A stretch of 64,000 nucleotides of DNA from Antedon mediterranea (Eukaryota > Animalia > Echinodermata): the NCBI RefSeq assembly GCF_964355755.1, contig NC_092678.1:8138422-8202421 (forward strand). The letters run 5' to 3'. The translations under genes and the position numbers were made by a program. The notes under the pieces were generated by a model. That model saw nothing but the letters and a program-made list of their open reading frames with translations, ran no database searches and was not told where the DNA came from. Below, one piece after another: positions 1 to 13,465 of the stretch (position 1 is the first letter of the stretch; each line of letters starts with the position of its first letter).

Positions 1-235
1 TTACGTTATAAGAGCACGTCAAAAGTGACAGGCTACGCACGTGTAACTTAAAAAAATATAAATGTTTTTAAACATTTCAACATTTTTAAACATGTTCAGT
101 AATTTCGGTCAGTATAGTTCACTATGTCGGTCGGTCCGTCTGTCTGTCGGTCTGTCTGTCTGTCGGTCTGTTTGTCTGTCGGTCCGGTATCACTATGCAT
201 TTATAGCACGCGACTTAATGGCTGTTGGCCTTGTT
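1..235 (+). mobile_element. 3' part of a putative non-autonomous Helentron/DINE-like element with a (GTCT/GTCG)n microsatellite, inserted into element A copy 1
   Basis: GTCT/GTCG tetranucleotide run at 126-186, then a short ...GGCCTTGTT end that abuts element A sequence at ~236. Confidence 0.4.
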
Positions 236-1274
236 TATAATGCATAAGGCCTAAATAAAATACTGCATGCAAAAAAACGATGCGCGATGACTGTTTAAAT
301 CCATATTTTTCAATTTAAAAAATAAAAGTTGAAAGAAAATTTAGAAAAATAGAGTTGGAGGTCCCGGAAATTGGACTTATTATACTTCAAAACATGAAAC
401 AAAATATATAAGTCCCTATCATGGTTGTGACTGAGCTAAGAAATGTTTGAAAAATAGAGATGTTAGGTCCCGGAAAATGCACTTCTTGTACTTCGAAATA
501 TGACCAGCTTTATTGTTGGGGCTGAGCTAAGAAAATGTTTAAAACTAGAGGCTGCAGGTCTTCAAAAAATTGCATTTTATACTTTGGAAACATCAGGCCT
601 AGAAGCTTAAAAAACGCAAGCGTAGACCTTTTTCAGTCGGGGAAATAAGTTTATTCCTCCCAAGTGTATGCGTGCGTACCATCTGGACCTCCGAGTGGTG
701 AGAAATTCATGACATACAGGACATTGTAATAACTTAGCTAAAATAAGATGTTGGCTAAGCGAAAATGGCATGTTTTTTTGTTTAGTAAATGGATGAAAAT
801 TTTATTTTAGGTGCCCCACGGTATTGTATATTATATTCCCCGACAAAAGTACCCGTGTTCCCTTCGGTATTTCCCTTCGGTAACCGTCGGTAAACTTTGC
901 CTGGAAAATAACTACATTACACATTTTGGTCCCTGGATGGAACTTGATATCACGCGTCTCGACCCAACGTTGAACGATTCGTACAAAGGGATACCGCCAG
1001 ACAAGTGCGTACCTAGCTAATGTTTAGTAGTAAGTTAGATCGCTGGCAATAATGAATGCATAAAAGTGCATAATAGCCCTCTGACGTACTGTCACGGTCA
1101 ATGGAACGTCGTGGTTTTCTAGGCGCTGAAGCTGTATGAAGTGAACGCGAACGTTTTTTACTGTATATTATATTCCCCGACAAAAAGTACCCGTGTTCCC
1201 CGACGGGGGGGCTAGGCTCCCCGACGAGAGGGCTAGAGCCCCCGTAGCCCCCCCCCCCCCCCGCGCCACCACTG
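236..1274 (+). mobile_element. Non-autonomous hAT-like element A, copy 1 (left end missing)
   Basis: Closely matches 45245-46582 and is the reverse complement of 3860-5155; ends in GCGCCACCACTG at 1274. Confidence 0.8.
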
Positions 1275-1349
1275 ATTGAGTCATGAGAAATATCATAAGA
1301 CCATACTTCATGGTCTTTGGATGAAATGTAAATAAAAATATTACTAAGC

Positions 1350-1700
1350 ACTAAATGTAAAAAGTGGTCTCCAGAAAAGGATGACCAGCTAGTGAAGGAG
1401 ATGATTATACTGGATCCTTTCCAGTACAGAGAAAGAACACAGCAACGTGGAAAAGTATGGAAAGACATTGCAAGCAATAATTCACCATCTTTTGACATCA
1501 ACTTAGATGGAACAAATGTGAGGGATCGGTGGAATATATTAAAGGAAAAGTTGAGGGCAAAATTCAATAATGAGATAAGGGGGTCTGATCCACCAGCATC
1601 AGAAACAACCATAGAAGATTTGCTAAGTTAATATAAGATGGATGGAGTGATGGAGCACAAGCTGCAAGTAAAGTGGTTCATTTCAGACTAAATCATTGTA
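1350..1700 (+). pseudogene. Inverted partial duplicate of the Harbinger-type Myb/SANT ORF
   Basis: ORF 1392-1631 (PFQYRERTQQRGKVWKDIA...VRDRWNILKEK) is highly similar to minus-strand ORF 2350-2649. Confidence 0.7.
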
Positions 1701-1736
1701 AAAACTGACAGAAAAACAGGCTTAAGAGGTAGAGCA

Positions 1737-2690
1737 TTACTTTTTTTCAATTATACGGAGCATGAGCTCCATTTGTTTATTCATTTGAACGTTTTGATTT
1801 TGTATCTGTTGACGAGTTAATTCCATTTGTTCTTTCAACATACTTGATTGCGTCTCTTCAGCTTTCTTCTTAGCAGCAGCATCACTCTCCATTTTCACTT
1901 TTAAAAATGCCATGGTACTACTTGCCCTGCTTTTTTTGGCATTTACCTCTCTGTTAATATATAAAAATAAAAATATATGTCCAAATAATAATATTGTGCA
2001 ATTCTTTTTCATGTAGGCCTACAATAAACTATGACTACTCATATTGGTATACTTAGTTTTGGGATAAAATAGACATGATATCATGTACATTATATAGACA
2101 GATAGAAATGGTTTTGTCTACGTACTGCTTACCATACATATTGTAGTATGAGATCAAGTTTTAATTACATCATCTCTGTCTACATTTTTGTCTTTGTATT
2201 GCTTTACTTTTAGTAAAAACATGTCAAATAAAACCGTTATGGATTAAATATGTCTTCAAGATCAATTTACCTTGATTTAGTCTGAAATGTCTCTAATGAG
2301 CGCTTCCGAACCTCTTCACCTGCAGCTCGTGCTGCGGCTGCATCACTACTCACTCTGATCTTATGTTTAAGGCATCTTTCTCCTGACTTAGCAAATCTTC
2401 TATTGCAGCTTCTGTTTCTGATAATGCTGGTGGAGCGATACCAGACCCTCTTATCTCATTATTCAATTTTGCCTTCAACTTGTCCTTTAATAGATTCCAT
2501 CTATCCCTTACATTTCTTCCATCTAAGTTAAAGTCGAAAGATGGTGAAAGATTGCCTGCAATGTCTTTCCATACTTTTCCGCGTTGCTGCGTTCTTTCTC
2601 TGTACTGGAAAGGACCCAATGTAATCATTTCCTTCACTAAACTGGTCATCCTTTTCTGGAGACCACTTCTTAGTTGGAGATATTTTTTTT
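1737..2690 (-). pseudogene. Myb/SANT(MADF)-like DNA-binding protein of PIF/Harbinger ORF2 type with a C-terminal coiled coil; disrupted
   Basis: KKWSPEKDD followed, after a frameshift, by LVKEM..PFQYRERTQQRGKVWKDIA..RNVRDRWNLL (Trp spacing of a Myb/SANT trihelix). A downstream segment at 1737-1950 encodes a Q/E/K/M-rich coiled coil. In-frame stop at 2350. Confidence 0.6.
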
Positions 2691-3557
2691 GCTAAAATAG
2701 GATAAAAAATGTATGTAATATCAATCAATAACACTACAGAATAAAAGTATTCTGTCATTGATGTTGTTTAATGTTATAGCTCAGTATATTATAGTAGGCT
2801 AGGCCTCAAACCAAGTCTAGGTATAACTATAACCAATGTAGACAGGTCTGGATGAAAAATGACTGGTATGACCTAGCCAGTCTCTAGAAGTAGAGTAGAA
2901 GTAGGATGGGTTGCGCCAAAAGCTAAATTTGTGTGTCTTGCTTGGGCCTACTAGCATATAGCTAGTACTACTACTAGGCCTAGCCTAGCTAGGGCCACTA
3001 GGCCTAGAACCTAGGTGGCCTAGCCTACCCTTAGAGGCTAGTCTAATGCTAGCCAGGCTAAACATATATATTCAACTTGTATTGCCACAAAAATATATAG
3101 GCCTAGGCTAGGCCTACCTATATTTAAAAAAAACAATTAGGCCTAGCCTAGCTAGGCCTAGGCCCAGGGGCCTAGGCCTACCTACGAACGAGCATGGCAT
3201 TATGAATAGGAGGTTAAAAAATAGGGGGCCTTCCCAGCCTAGCTAGGCCTAGACTAGTTAGTGACTTAGTATATGTAGGAGGACTAGGCATAGAATAGGC
3301 CGTAGTTTAGTTAGGCCTAGTAGCCTAGGCCTAGATAGTAATAGCTACTAGGCCTTGCCTAGGTGCGCCTACCTGCGGCCTATTCTTTCTATTCTAGGCC
3401 TAGGCCTAGCCTACTTTTTTAGGCAGCAAATGGCACTTTATTTTAAGTGATAAATTTATCTATTATTAAATTAGGTCATAAATCAGAACTCGATGCAAAC
3501 ATTATTTAGGATCCCATTATTTAATTGATGATCATTTTAAATATAAACACAACCAAA

Positions 3558-5594
3558 CAGGCCCGTATCCAGGGGGGGTGCGTTGGGTGCAGACGCACCC
3601 CCCCAAGTCCCAAAAGGTCCACTATTTCCTCGGTTGGTATTTTTTCTTGTCTTGTTTAACTAAAGACAATATCATTATATATATACAAAATTTACATTAT
3701 CAATGGTATACAAACAAAAATATGCTAATATAAAATGAAAAAATACCGGTAATTAAATTACGGAATCTGAACTGACTACAAACTCGATGTAAAACATGCG
3801 CAGTCGATCATGTGACGACAAGCAATAGCTTAGCGCTTCATGTACGCGGTACGCTGTATAATATACAGTAAAAACGTTCGCGTTCACTTCATATAGCTTC
3901 AGCGCCTAGAAAACCACGATGTTCCATTGACCGTGAGAGTACGTCAGAGGGCTAATATGCACTTTTATGCATTCATTATTGCCAGCGATCTAACTTACTA
4001 ATAAACATTAGCTAGGTACGCACTTGTCTGGCGGTATCCTTTTGTACGAATCGTTCAACGTTGGGTCGAGACGCGTGATATCAAGTTTCATCCAGGGACC
4101 AAAATGTGTAATGTAGTTATTTTCCAGGCGAAGTTTACCGACGGTTACCGAAGGGAACACGTGTACTTTTTGTCGGGGAATATAATATACAGTAAAAAGC
4201 GTTCGCGTTCACTTCGTAGCTAGCTTCAGCGCCTAGAAAACCGCGACGTTTCATTGACCGTGAGAGTACGTCAGAGTGATAATATGCACTTTATATGCAT
4301 TCATTATTGCCAGCGATCTAACTTACTACTAAACAATAGCTAGGTACGCACTTGTCTGGCGGTATCCCTTTGTACGAATCGTTCAACGTTGGGTCGAGAC
4401 GCGTGATATCAAGTTTCATCCAGGGACCAAAATGTGTAATGTGTTATTTTCCAGGCGAAGTTTACCGACGGTTACGTCGTGTACTGCGTCGACGTACGCT
4501 ACACTACAGCAAAAACGAATTATGTTAATTGTTCGTTTGTTCACCAATTTTTTAATTTACAAGTAACCTTCTGTACCGTGGGGCACCTAAAATAAATTTT
4601 TCATCTATTACTAAACAAAAAAACATGCCATTTTCGCTTAGCCAACATTATAGCTATAGTTATTACATTTTCAATATCCTGTATGTCATGAATTTCTCAC
4701 CACTCGGAAGTCCAGATGGTACGCATGCATACACCTGGGAGGAATAAACTTTTTTCCCCGACTGAAAAAGGTCTACGCTTGCGTTTTTTAAGCCTCTAGG
4801 CCTGATGTTTCCAAAGTATAAAATGCAATTTTTTGAAGACCTGCAGCTCTAGTTTTAAACATTTTCTTAGCTCAGCCCCAACAATAAAGCTGGTCATATT
4901 TCGAAGAACAAGAAGTACATTTTCCGAGACCTAGCATCTCTATTTTTCAAACATTTCTTAGCTCAGTCACAACCCATGATAGGGACTTATATATTTTTTT
5001 TCATGTTTTGAAGTATAATAAGTCCAATTTCCGGGACCTCCAACTCTATTTTTCTAAATTTTCTTTGAACTTTTATTTTTTAAATTGAAAAATATGGATT
5101 GAAACAGTCATCGCGCATCGTTTTTTTGCACGCAGTATTTTATTTATGCATTATAAAAAATGGAAAAAATGGCTACCCTAAATCTGATTAAAAAGACCTC
5201 AAATGACGCTAGAACGCGTTGCTTCCGGGGGCTTCGCCCCCCTGGACCCCACCGGGGGCTCTTGGCGGCCCCTGGCCCTCAGCCTAGTGATGCTCGCTTC
5301 GCTCGCATAGCCCCCTCATCGGGGAATGTAGCCCCCGCGTCGGGAAGATCCTGGCGCCACCCCTGCTGAGTTGGCCTCATCATGAAAGCGTTAAGTTCTG
5401 GTGTCCATCGTTCAACTAGCCCAAGCCACAACAGACAGTCTTACATCAGTCTTTAGAACGTCAAATAACGCAAATTTTTCCAGGGCCTTCGGCCCCTGGA
5501 CCCTGACCGGGGGCCCTTGGCGGCCCCCTGGCCCCCAGCCATTGTTGCTCGCTTCGCTCGCACCCCCCCATTATAAATGCTGCATACGGGCCTG
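3558..5594. mobile_element. Non-autonomous TIR element B (hAT-like termini) carrying nested element A
   Basis: TIRs CAGGCCCGTATCCAG / CTGCATACGGGCCTG; flanking direct repeat CCAAA at 3553-3557 and 5595-5599. Confidence 0.7.
3859..5365 (-). mobile_element. Element A, copy 2 (inverted, one end truncated, ~330-bp internal tandem duplication)
   Basis: Reverse complement of 45042-46520; terminus GGCGCCACCCCTG ends at 5365. Confidence 0.85.
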
Positions 5595-5805
5595 CCAAAT
5601 ATACATACTTTGGGCAGCTAATTGAGAAGTCATTGTTTGTGTTTTTTATTCGTGCACTGTGAACTGCATGCAAAACAGCAATTTTGCTGTTGTCTTCTTA
5701 ACTTCCAGAAGACGAGACGACAACTGGTGAAATTACTTACGCAGGCGCAGTGTCGCCAGTGGGCGTGGCTATCACTGTCAATCACTCGTTGTCTGAGCTC
5801 CCGTC

Positions 5806-8800
5806 GTGTTTCGTAAACTCTCTATTGATACGTATGTGGACAGGCTGGAACAATATTTTGTGGCATTAGATATCAATGACGGATGTAAGAAAAGAGCGAT
5901 ATTATTGAGTAGTTTAGGAGAGGCTGGATACACAACGATACGAGATTTGTGTTTTCCTGATAGGCCTAAACCAAGTACAAAATCGTACGATACGCTCACA
6001 ACCAAGCTCAAAGAGCATTACAAACCTACTCGAATAACGATTTCTGAACGATTTATATTCAGAAATGTAAAACAGACACCGGGGGGACAGACTATTTCTC
6101 AATTTGTATCACATCTAAAGAAAAAGGCGATACATTGTGGTTTTGAAGGAGAGGCATTGGAAAACGCACTGCGTGATCAGTTCGTATGTGGACTGATAAG
6201 TCAGAGCATCCAAAAGAAATTATTGACAACGAACCATACGTTCAAGGAAGCAACAGACATAGCCATAGCCTCGGAGGCAGCAACAGCGAATATGAAAAGT
6301 ATGTCGCACGATGTTGACAAGCCAATCAACCACGTTACGTCTAACAGCAGGAAGTCTACGAAAACTTATCAAGCGTCAAAACTAACACGAACGCAGAAAT
6401 GTGACCGCTGTGGTATGAACAATCATGCAAGAGATACGTGTAAATACAAAAACGCTACATGCTTTAAATGCAACAAACAAGGACACCTAAAATCAGAATG
6501 CAGGCAGTCGAGTAAATCAACAAAACAATATAAACCTAAATCCATCAAGCAAGTAGAAGCACCGGATTACGACGAAGGTAATGACGATTTTGTAGATACA
6601 ATGTTTTGCGTAGGCATTAAGCAGGACAATTCGGTACCACCAATAACGGTACAGATGCGAGTTGATGATATAGATATTGATTTTGAAGTAGATACGGGCG
6701 CAGCAGTATCGATAATTAGCTTTGACGATTACGAAAGCAAGCTTAGCCATCTACCATTAAAGTCAGTAAAACGTACACTTCACGCATACACAGGTACTAA
6801 GCTCGATATAGCAGGAGTAATTAAAGTCACCGTGAACTATAGGGGCCAGAGTAACGTTCTCCCACTGATAGTAGTGAGAACGCAGCGACGAAACTCACCA
6901 CCCTTGCTTGGAAGAACCTGGTTAGAAGTGATTAAGTTGGACTGGAAGTTATTATTTCCACCATCGCTTGCTCAGAATTCGGTAGAAATAGATAACGATG
7001 TCGGTCAGTCATTCAAACGGAAGTTCCCAGAAGTTTTTCGAACGGAATTAGGTACGGTTCAGGGACACAAAGCGACATTACATCTAAAAGTGAACGCAAT
7101 CCCAAAATTCTGCAAAGCTCGAAATGTTCCATTTGCGCTACGCTCCGCAGTTGAGGTAGTTAGACAGAATGCAAAACGAAGGAGTTATTTATCCGGTAGA
7201 CTTTAGTCAGTGGGCAACCCCATTGGTATGTATTCCAAAGGCCGATGGCAGGGTACGTGTCTGCGGAGATTATAAAGTAACAGTCAACCCGAGTTTAAAT
7301 TGCGACCAATATCCAATTCCGACCCCAGAGGAAGTTTTCACCAAATTGGGAGGTGGAAAGCGATTCTCTAAGATTGATTTGAAATGTGCGTACCAGCAGT
7401 TAGTACTGGAAGACGAGGCGCAAGAGTTGGTAACGATCAACACGCATACGGATTATATCGATACACGAGGTTACCGTTTGGTATTTCGTCCAGTCCAGCC
7501 ATATGGCAGCGATTCAGAGAACAGGTGATAGCAGGACTTAAAGGAACATGTGCGATCATGATGGACGATGTTCTTGTTACAGGTGCGTCTGATAAAGAGC
7601 ATATTAGTAATCTTGAGAAACTATTTGAGAGATTTAACAAGTATGGTCTCAGAGTGAAAGCTGAGAAATGCGCGTTTGTACAAAAGGAAGTAGTCTACAT
7701 GGGACGTAAGCTATCAGCAGCAGGAATTCAACCGACAAACGATAAAGTGAAAGCCATCAAGGATGCACGAGCACCACAGAATGCAACAGAACTAAGATCC
7801 TGGTTAGGACTAGTTAACTATCACGCGTCATTTATTCCACGATTATCGACGATGATACATCCTTCGAATGAGCTGTTGGGAAGCAAACCATGGTCATGGA
7901 CTGTCGACTGTAGTAAAGCGTTTAACGCGGTAAAGCGAATTATTAGCGAAGACATGATGTTGACGCATTATGACCCATTAAAACCACTGAAACTATACAC
8001 GGACGCATCACCATACGGAGTTGGCGCAGTCATTTGCCACGTAAACGAGAACAATATCAAAACACCGATCGCGTACGCATCGCGAAGCCTGCATAAACAC
8101 GAAAGGGGTTATGCACAACTAGACAAGGAAGCCCTAAGCATCATGTTTGGACTTCAAAGGTTTAGAACATACTTATACGGACGGAAATTCACGATAAGAA
8201 CTGATCATAAGCCACTTGAACGCATTCTAGGACCTAAATCAGCTATTCCGACACTGGCCACACAGAGATTACAGCGATGGGCAATCGTACTGTCAGCGTT
8301 CGAATACGATTTAAAGTTCATTCCTGGAAAACAGAACGTAATTGCCGACGCACTCTCACGTCTCCCAATACCAGACGAAGGACGGGAAGACGATGCAGTA
8401 TACAACATAGCGGGGCATACATTAGACAATTTGCCAGTCACGAGTACGAACGTACAACAGCATGCCAGGAAAGACCCGCTATTGAGCAAAGTGTTATACA
8501 TGGTACAGACAGGTTTATGGCAGTCAGAAAACGATGACGATCTAAAACCATTCCTACACCGAAGAGACGAATTGAGTGTAGAACAGGACTGTTTGCTGTG
8601 GGGATACAGGATAGTGATTCCATCGAAACTCAGAGGGGCAGTTCTGGAGGAGCTTCATTGTGCTCACCCCGGAATCGTGCGTATGAAAGAGATTGCGTGA
8701 AGTCATGTCTGGTGGCCCCAGATAGATTCCGACATAGAATGATTGGTGAAGCAATGTCAAGCATGTCACCAAACACAAAGTCGACCAAGCGTAGCACCAA

Positions 8801-10176
8801 TGATGCCCTGGATCTGGCCAAATCAGCCTTGGACACGAATACATATTGACTATGCGCAGAAAGATAAACGAGATTATCTAGTATAGTGGTTGACTCATAT
8901 TCGAAATGGCCAGAAGTCGTTCAGATGAACAGTACGACGAGTGCAGCGACCATCAAAGCGATGAGAGAGTTGTTCAGTAGATACGGATTGCCTGTTCACT
9001 TGTAAGCGATAATGGACCTCAATTTGTTAGCGACGAATTTGAATTCTTCTTAAAGCAAAACGGGGTGAAACATGTAAAGGTTGCACCTTATCACGCCGCA
9101 AGCAACGGAGCAGCAGAACGAATGGTTCAATCTTTCAAAAGATCGTTAGCGGCAAGCCGAGCGAATGGGAAGGATTTCCAACAATGTTTGGACAGATTTC
9201 TTTTATCGTATCGCACAACAAAACACGCAACTACGGGACAAACGCCAGCGAAGTTATTCATGGGCCGTGAGTTGAGAACGCGAGTATCACTTTTACATCC
9301 CAGTACAGAAAACAAGGTACTGAACAAGCAGAGTGATTAGAAGCTTCATCACGACAAAACGAAAGATCTACGAGAATTTTACCCAGGTGAAATGGTATTA
9401 GTGAAAGATTTCCGACAAGAGGGAAAGTGGTGGCCAGGTACCGTGATAGAACGTACCGCTCCAAAATCATACGTAATTAGTGTTGAGGATGGCCGAGTGT
9501 GGAAAAGACACATTGACCAGTTGAAAGCGACAGACGCGGACGCTTACGCGAGTAAAACCCCTACTTCACATAGCGAGTTGGAACACAAGATTAAACAGAC
9601 AGTACCAATAACGATTGCGAGCGAAACGATTGCGAACAAAGAGCAAACATCCACCAACCAACCGGTTGAAGAGGAACATAGATTGTCTTCATCGCCTGAG
9701 GTTATTCCACGACGCTCCACGCGACTTCGAAGGAAGCCAACGCGACTTATCGAAGAGATATAAAACTTGTGAACAATGTTATTATTATGAACGTTAAAGT
9801 TATGTTGTTCATGTTTTTACACAAAATTATAATGGTGAGAATTACTCACATTTGTTAATTATATGAGGAACCAAATAAGAACTATCTGGAACTATAGAAG
9901 CAGTAATTTAATCACGATGATTAACCTATTTGATTAACAAGATAATTAACGAAAGTTTATTGTGCTTATTGATATAATGTTAACGTTAAAATAAGAAAGG
10001 AGGAGTGTAGTATATGCACGCGCACATATATATATATGCGTACTGCGCATATGCTCTGGCGATAGGTTAGTTCATGACTACTAGTTGGTTTCATTAAACA
10101 CATTCATTGTTATTATACTCATCTCAACGTATGTTATTAATTTGTCTCGAACAAACTGGTACGACGATACACGACA
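5806..10176 (+). mobile_element. Degenerate Ty3/Gypsy LTR retrotransposon (gag-PR-RT-RH-IN), 5'-truncated
   Basis: Gag motif YVDRLEQYF; two CCHC knuckles (CDRCGMNNHARDTC, CFKCNKQGHLKSEC); protease VDTGA; RT RLPFG..MMDD; RNase H TDAS/TDHKPL; integrase HxxH..CxxC, SDNGPQF and NGAAERMV. Several frameshifts and stops (e.g. TGA at 8698). Confidence 0.95.
10006..10176 (+). repeat. Putative 3' LTR preceded by a polypurine tract
   Basis: PPT AAGAAAGGAGGAG ends at 10005, immediately followed by TG...; candidate CA end at 10176. No matching 5' LTR in the window, so the right boundary is uncertain. Confidence 0.55.
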
Positions 10177-11550
10177 GCAATGCCTAATAATATTATTAAT
10201 AATAACTAATAAATAATACGTACAGTATAATTGGCCTAGCTAACCTAGGCCTAAAAGGGCGTAGGAAAGCCAGGCCTAGCTGTGTAGCCTAGTTTAATAT
10301 AGGCCTAAGGCTTATTAAAATATTGGCCTAGCTAAGCCTATGCAGTATGCTTCGTACAGTACACCCACCATAGTTAATAATATATAATAGACTATAACTA
10401 GTTACTAGGCTACTACTAGTAGGGATAACGATGCAAAATTAGAAGTTGTTATTTTTCAACCAATTTAAACACTATGTTAGTATTTTGTTTCAATATTCCA
10501 ATAAAGAAAGAATTACGAAAATCTGACTTGTAGTTTTCGAAATATAAGGTCTAAAACATCTCCGAAAATGAGGGTGTGTCGAAAGCGAAGATCGAAGACC
10601 GAAGACCTCGAAAGCGAAGACCCTACGAAATGGTAGTGTGCACAAAATCCGACCAAAATCATAAAAAATCGTGATAACACCTTGAATTTACAGATTCTAA
10701 AAAAATATTTCGATTTTAATTGTTACGTTATCAAAAAACATGACTTTATCTATGAACAGGCTCACGCGTTTTCACCAATGGAGTTAATATGTGATATGGT
10801 TTTACGAACAAACACATCGCGCTATTTGCAAGGCGACGGACGCACAAGAAGGACCTCGCACAGAGCATTGAATTGAATGCAAAATTAAATGTCACTTTTG
10901 TTCCGATAACTTTGTAGCACACGTCGCCTGCAATTTAAACCCATAGCCAATTGTTTATAAGTATAGAAATAAACTACATAAAGTAAATTGTAAGAAGTAA
11001 AGGATGGCGGTAGGCTTTTTTTAGGCTTATTTTAGAGCCTATATATAAAAAGTGTCCGTATTTTGATTTTATATGTTGCTATGTGTTTTTTATCTATAAT
11101 ATTTGCCTATTGTTTATTATCTAAATGTATAAATAAATACAATAAGATATTCATTTTCCTGTATTGTATTTAAACTTTTACATTTTCCCATTGTATACTA
11201 TTGCTGTTTTACTTAATCGCCAGTTTCAAAATGTTTTCTAATGTATTCATAATAGACAAATAATATATCAGTATCAGAATATTTAGTGTGGTTGGTGAAA
11301 CGACAGTAGGCCTACTATGTAAAGAAAAATTTAAAAAGGAAAATAAATATTTCATTAACCAACGTATAAACCACTAACAAAAAAATACTGCCACAACGTA
11401 TCGTATTGATGCGCAACGTAAAGAGAATACTCATCTATCTATTTTGCATCCCCCCACGATCAAAAAGATCATTATGATGAACGTAAAGCAGAAACGGTGT
11501 GTTGAACACGTCGATTCCCACTTGTGATGACACGCAAGGTTATTTCCTTA

Positions 11551-11729
11551 AGCTTGGTTCCCACTAGAACGTAACGCAAGAACGTACACGCAACGCAAGC
11601 GTTTTAACCAATGACAAGCGAAGTTATAGACAGTTAGCAATCACAAGCGAATAAGCCATCGCTTGTGATTGGTCAATTCACTTGCGTTGCGTTACGTCCT
11701 TGTGTTGCGTCGCTAGTGGGAACCACGCA
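11551..11729 (+). mobile_element. PIF/Harbinger-type (Tourist-like) MITE
   Basis: TIR AGCTTGGTTCCCACTAG; TTA TSD. Relatives at 22041-22219 and 27863-28001, plus degenerate copies near 28850, 36700, 37300-37580 and 61730. Confidence 0.8.
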
Positions 11730-12689
11730 TTACGGCGCACTTTGCGTGGATAAGTTGCGTCGATCTGAAAACAAATTTCAGCTCTTAAAATATTTCCCGG
11801 GCCGCGATTTTTTTTTTCGTACATAAGTTGGGGACCCCCTCATGAAACGTCACAAAATAAACATGAATAATTCATCAGTTAAATTTTCTTGTTCCATGTG
11901 CACCCAAGCGTATAGCAACAAGAAGTGATTACACAAGTGCGGTACGATTCTAGGCCTATCTCCGCTGTTGTTGCGGCGTGCGATTTCATAGAAGAATAGC
12001 GGCGTTTTGTGTGGATTGTCGAAATAATCAGCCTTTAGTTTATGGTGTTTTTAATATAATTTTTTACTAAAGAATTACGTGTTAAAACTATAGTTTCTAT
12101 TAATACTATTAGGCCTAATTATTAGTCTCTAAACCCATGTCTATTCTAGTAGTAGCTGTGTGTGTGTGTGTGTGTGTGACGTGGGGTGTCACGAAACCTA
12201 AGACCACGAAAGCTAAGACCCCCTAAGACCTAAGATCACGAAAGCTAAGACCCAAGACCTAAGATTACAAATTCTAAGATATACTACAGCTTAAAAACAA
12301 TACTTGTTTATCCATACATAATTTTAAACACAGTAGGTTTCATTTATTACCATAAATATAATTTAATACTACCGCAAAACATAGATAAACTCACATTATT
12401 TTCGCCCGTTGAGTAAATGTATATTTTTCTTTACAACAAACAAACTTGACGGGTTGTTTGTTGGTATATATTTACTCCAATGTGTTGGTTCAGAGGATGT
12501 TTTTCTTACGCACCTGCCTTTCTTGTATTTTGACTCCAAATTTGTTGACTAACTTTATCCTGAATACCACACTTTAAAATTAGGACTTATAAGTACTTTC
12601 AGAAGGAGAAACACATAATAACAAATAAATAAATCCTTTAAATTTATGATTTTACAGACGTTTCTTTGTATACTGTAATGTAACTCCTC

Positions 12690-12988
12690 GAGCTCCCCAT
12701 GCTCAATGTTTTTGTTTCTATGGAGCGCCAAAAGAGCAACAATAATAGTACAAGTATAAAAACAGAACGAAAACGAAACAAAAAAACTTATCATGATTTT
12801 TAAGTTAAAATTTATTTTCCAGTATTTATTTCTTCGTACTTGCATGATTATACTATTATCATTACAATTTTAATTTTACATTGTTCCATCCACACTGTAG
12901 ATGGACTCCAACAGAGTTTTCAGCCCTCTATATAATTTTTGCTCTTTTGACGTTCCATAGAAACAAAAACATTGAACATGGGGAACTC
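12690..12988. mobile_element. Small MITE-like inverted repeat present only in the left arm of the inner element
   Basis: ~50-bp inverted ends GAGCTCCCCATGCTCAATGTTTTTGTTTCTATGGA; absent at the homologous right-arm site (~20015); no clear TSD. Confidence 0.55.
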
Positions 12989-13465
12989 GGAGCTATATTC
13001 GGACCATCAAAATGAAGACATGAACATGCTCATGGACATTGATTATTAACAACTTAGGGAGTTTTAAAGGAAGATGTGATTGGATATTGAGGGAGACCGT
13101 CATTTCGACAATCGAGCATTCTCTACTCTCTCCTAGTATCAAGTAGTGGAAACATGTTTTTTTTCCCTTCGTAATTGATAGTGTTTTATAGTAAAGTTTA
13201 AAGGGATCAGTGCTTATCAATTCAGTTACAGTATTATTTGTTTACATTTTCTGCAAAGTAGATGTGTTAATCCAATTCACTTCCATGATTTCCTCTAAAA
13301 GTTTTCTTTTGTATGAAGTGTAGAAACATTTCTTGAATTTGCGTTTTATTAATGTGTATCATTTTCATTTAGTTTTGTAGAACTTTTGTGAACCACTTTG
13401 GAAATCAATATATTTGTATTAATAAAGATTAAGTAAAATTAAGTAACCATAGCAAAATTAAAGTA

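Noticed and set aside
1013-1612. 199-aa minus-strand ORF
   Set aside because: It is antisense to the Myb fragment and runs through element A's GC-rich end; spurious.
5595-5805. 5' LTR or PBS of the Gypsy element
   Set aside because: No similarity to 10006-10176 and no clear PBS; gag also appears N-terminally truncated.
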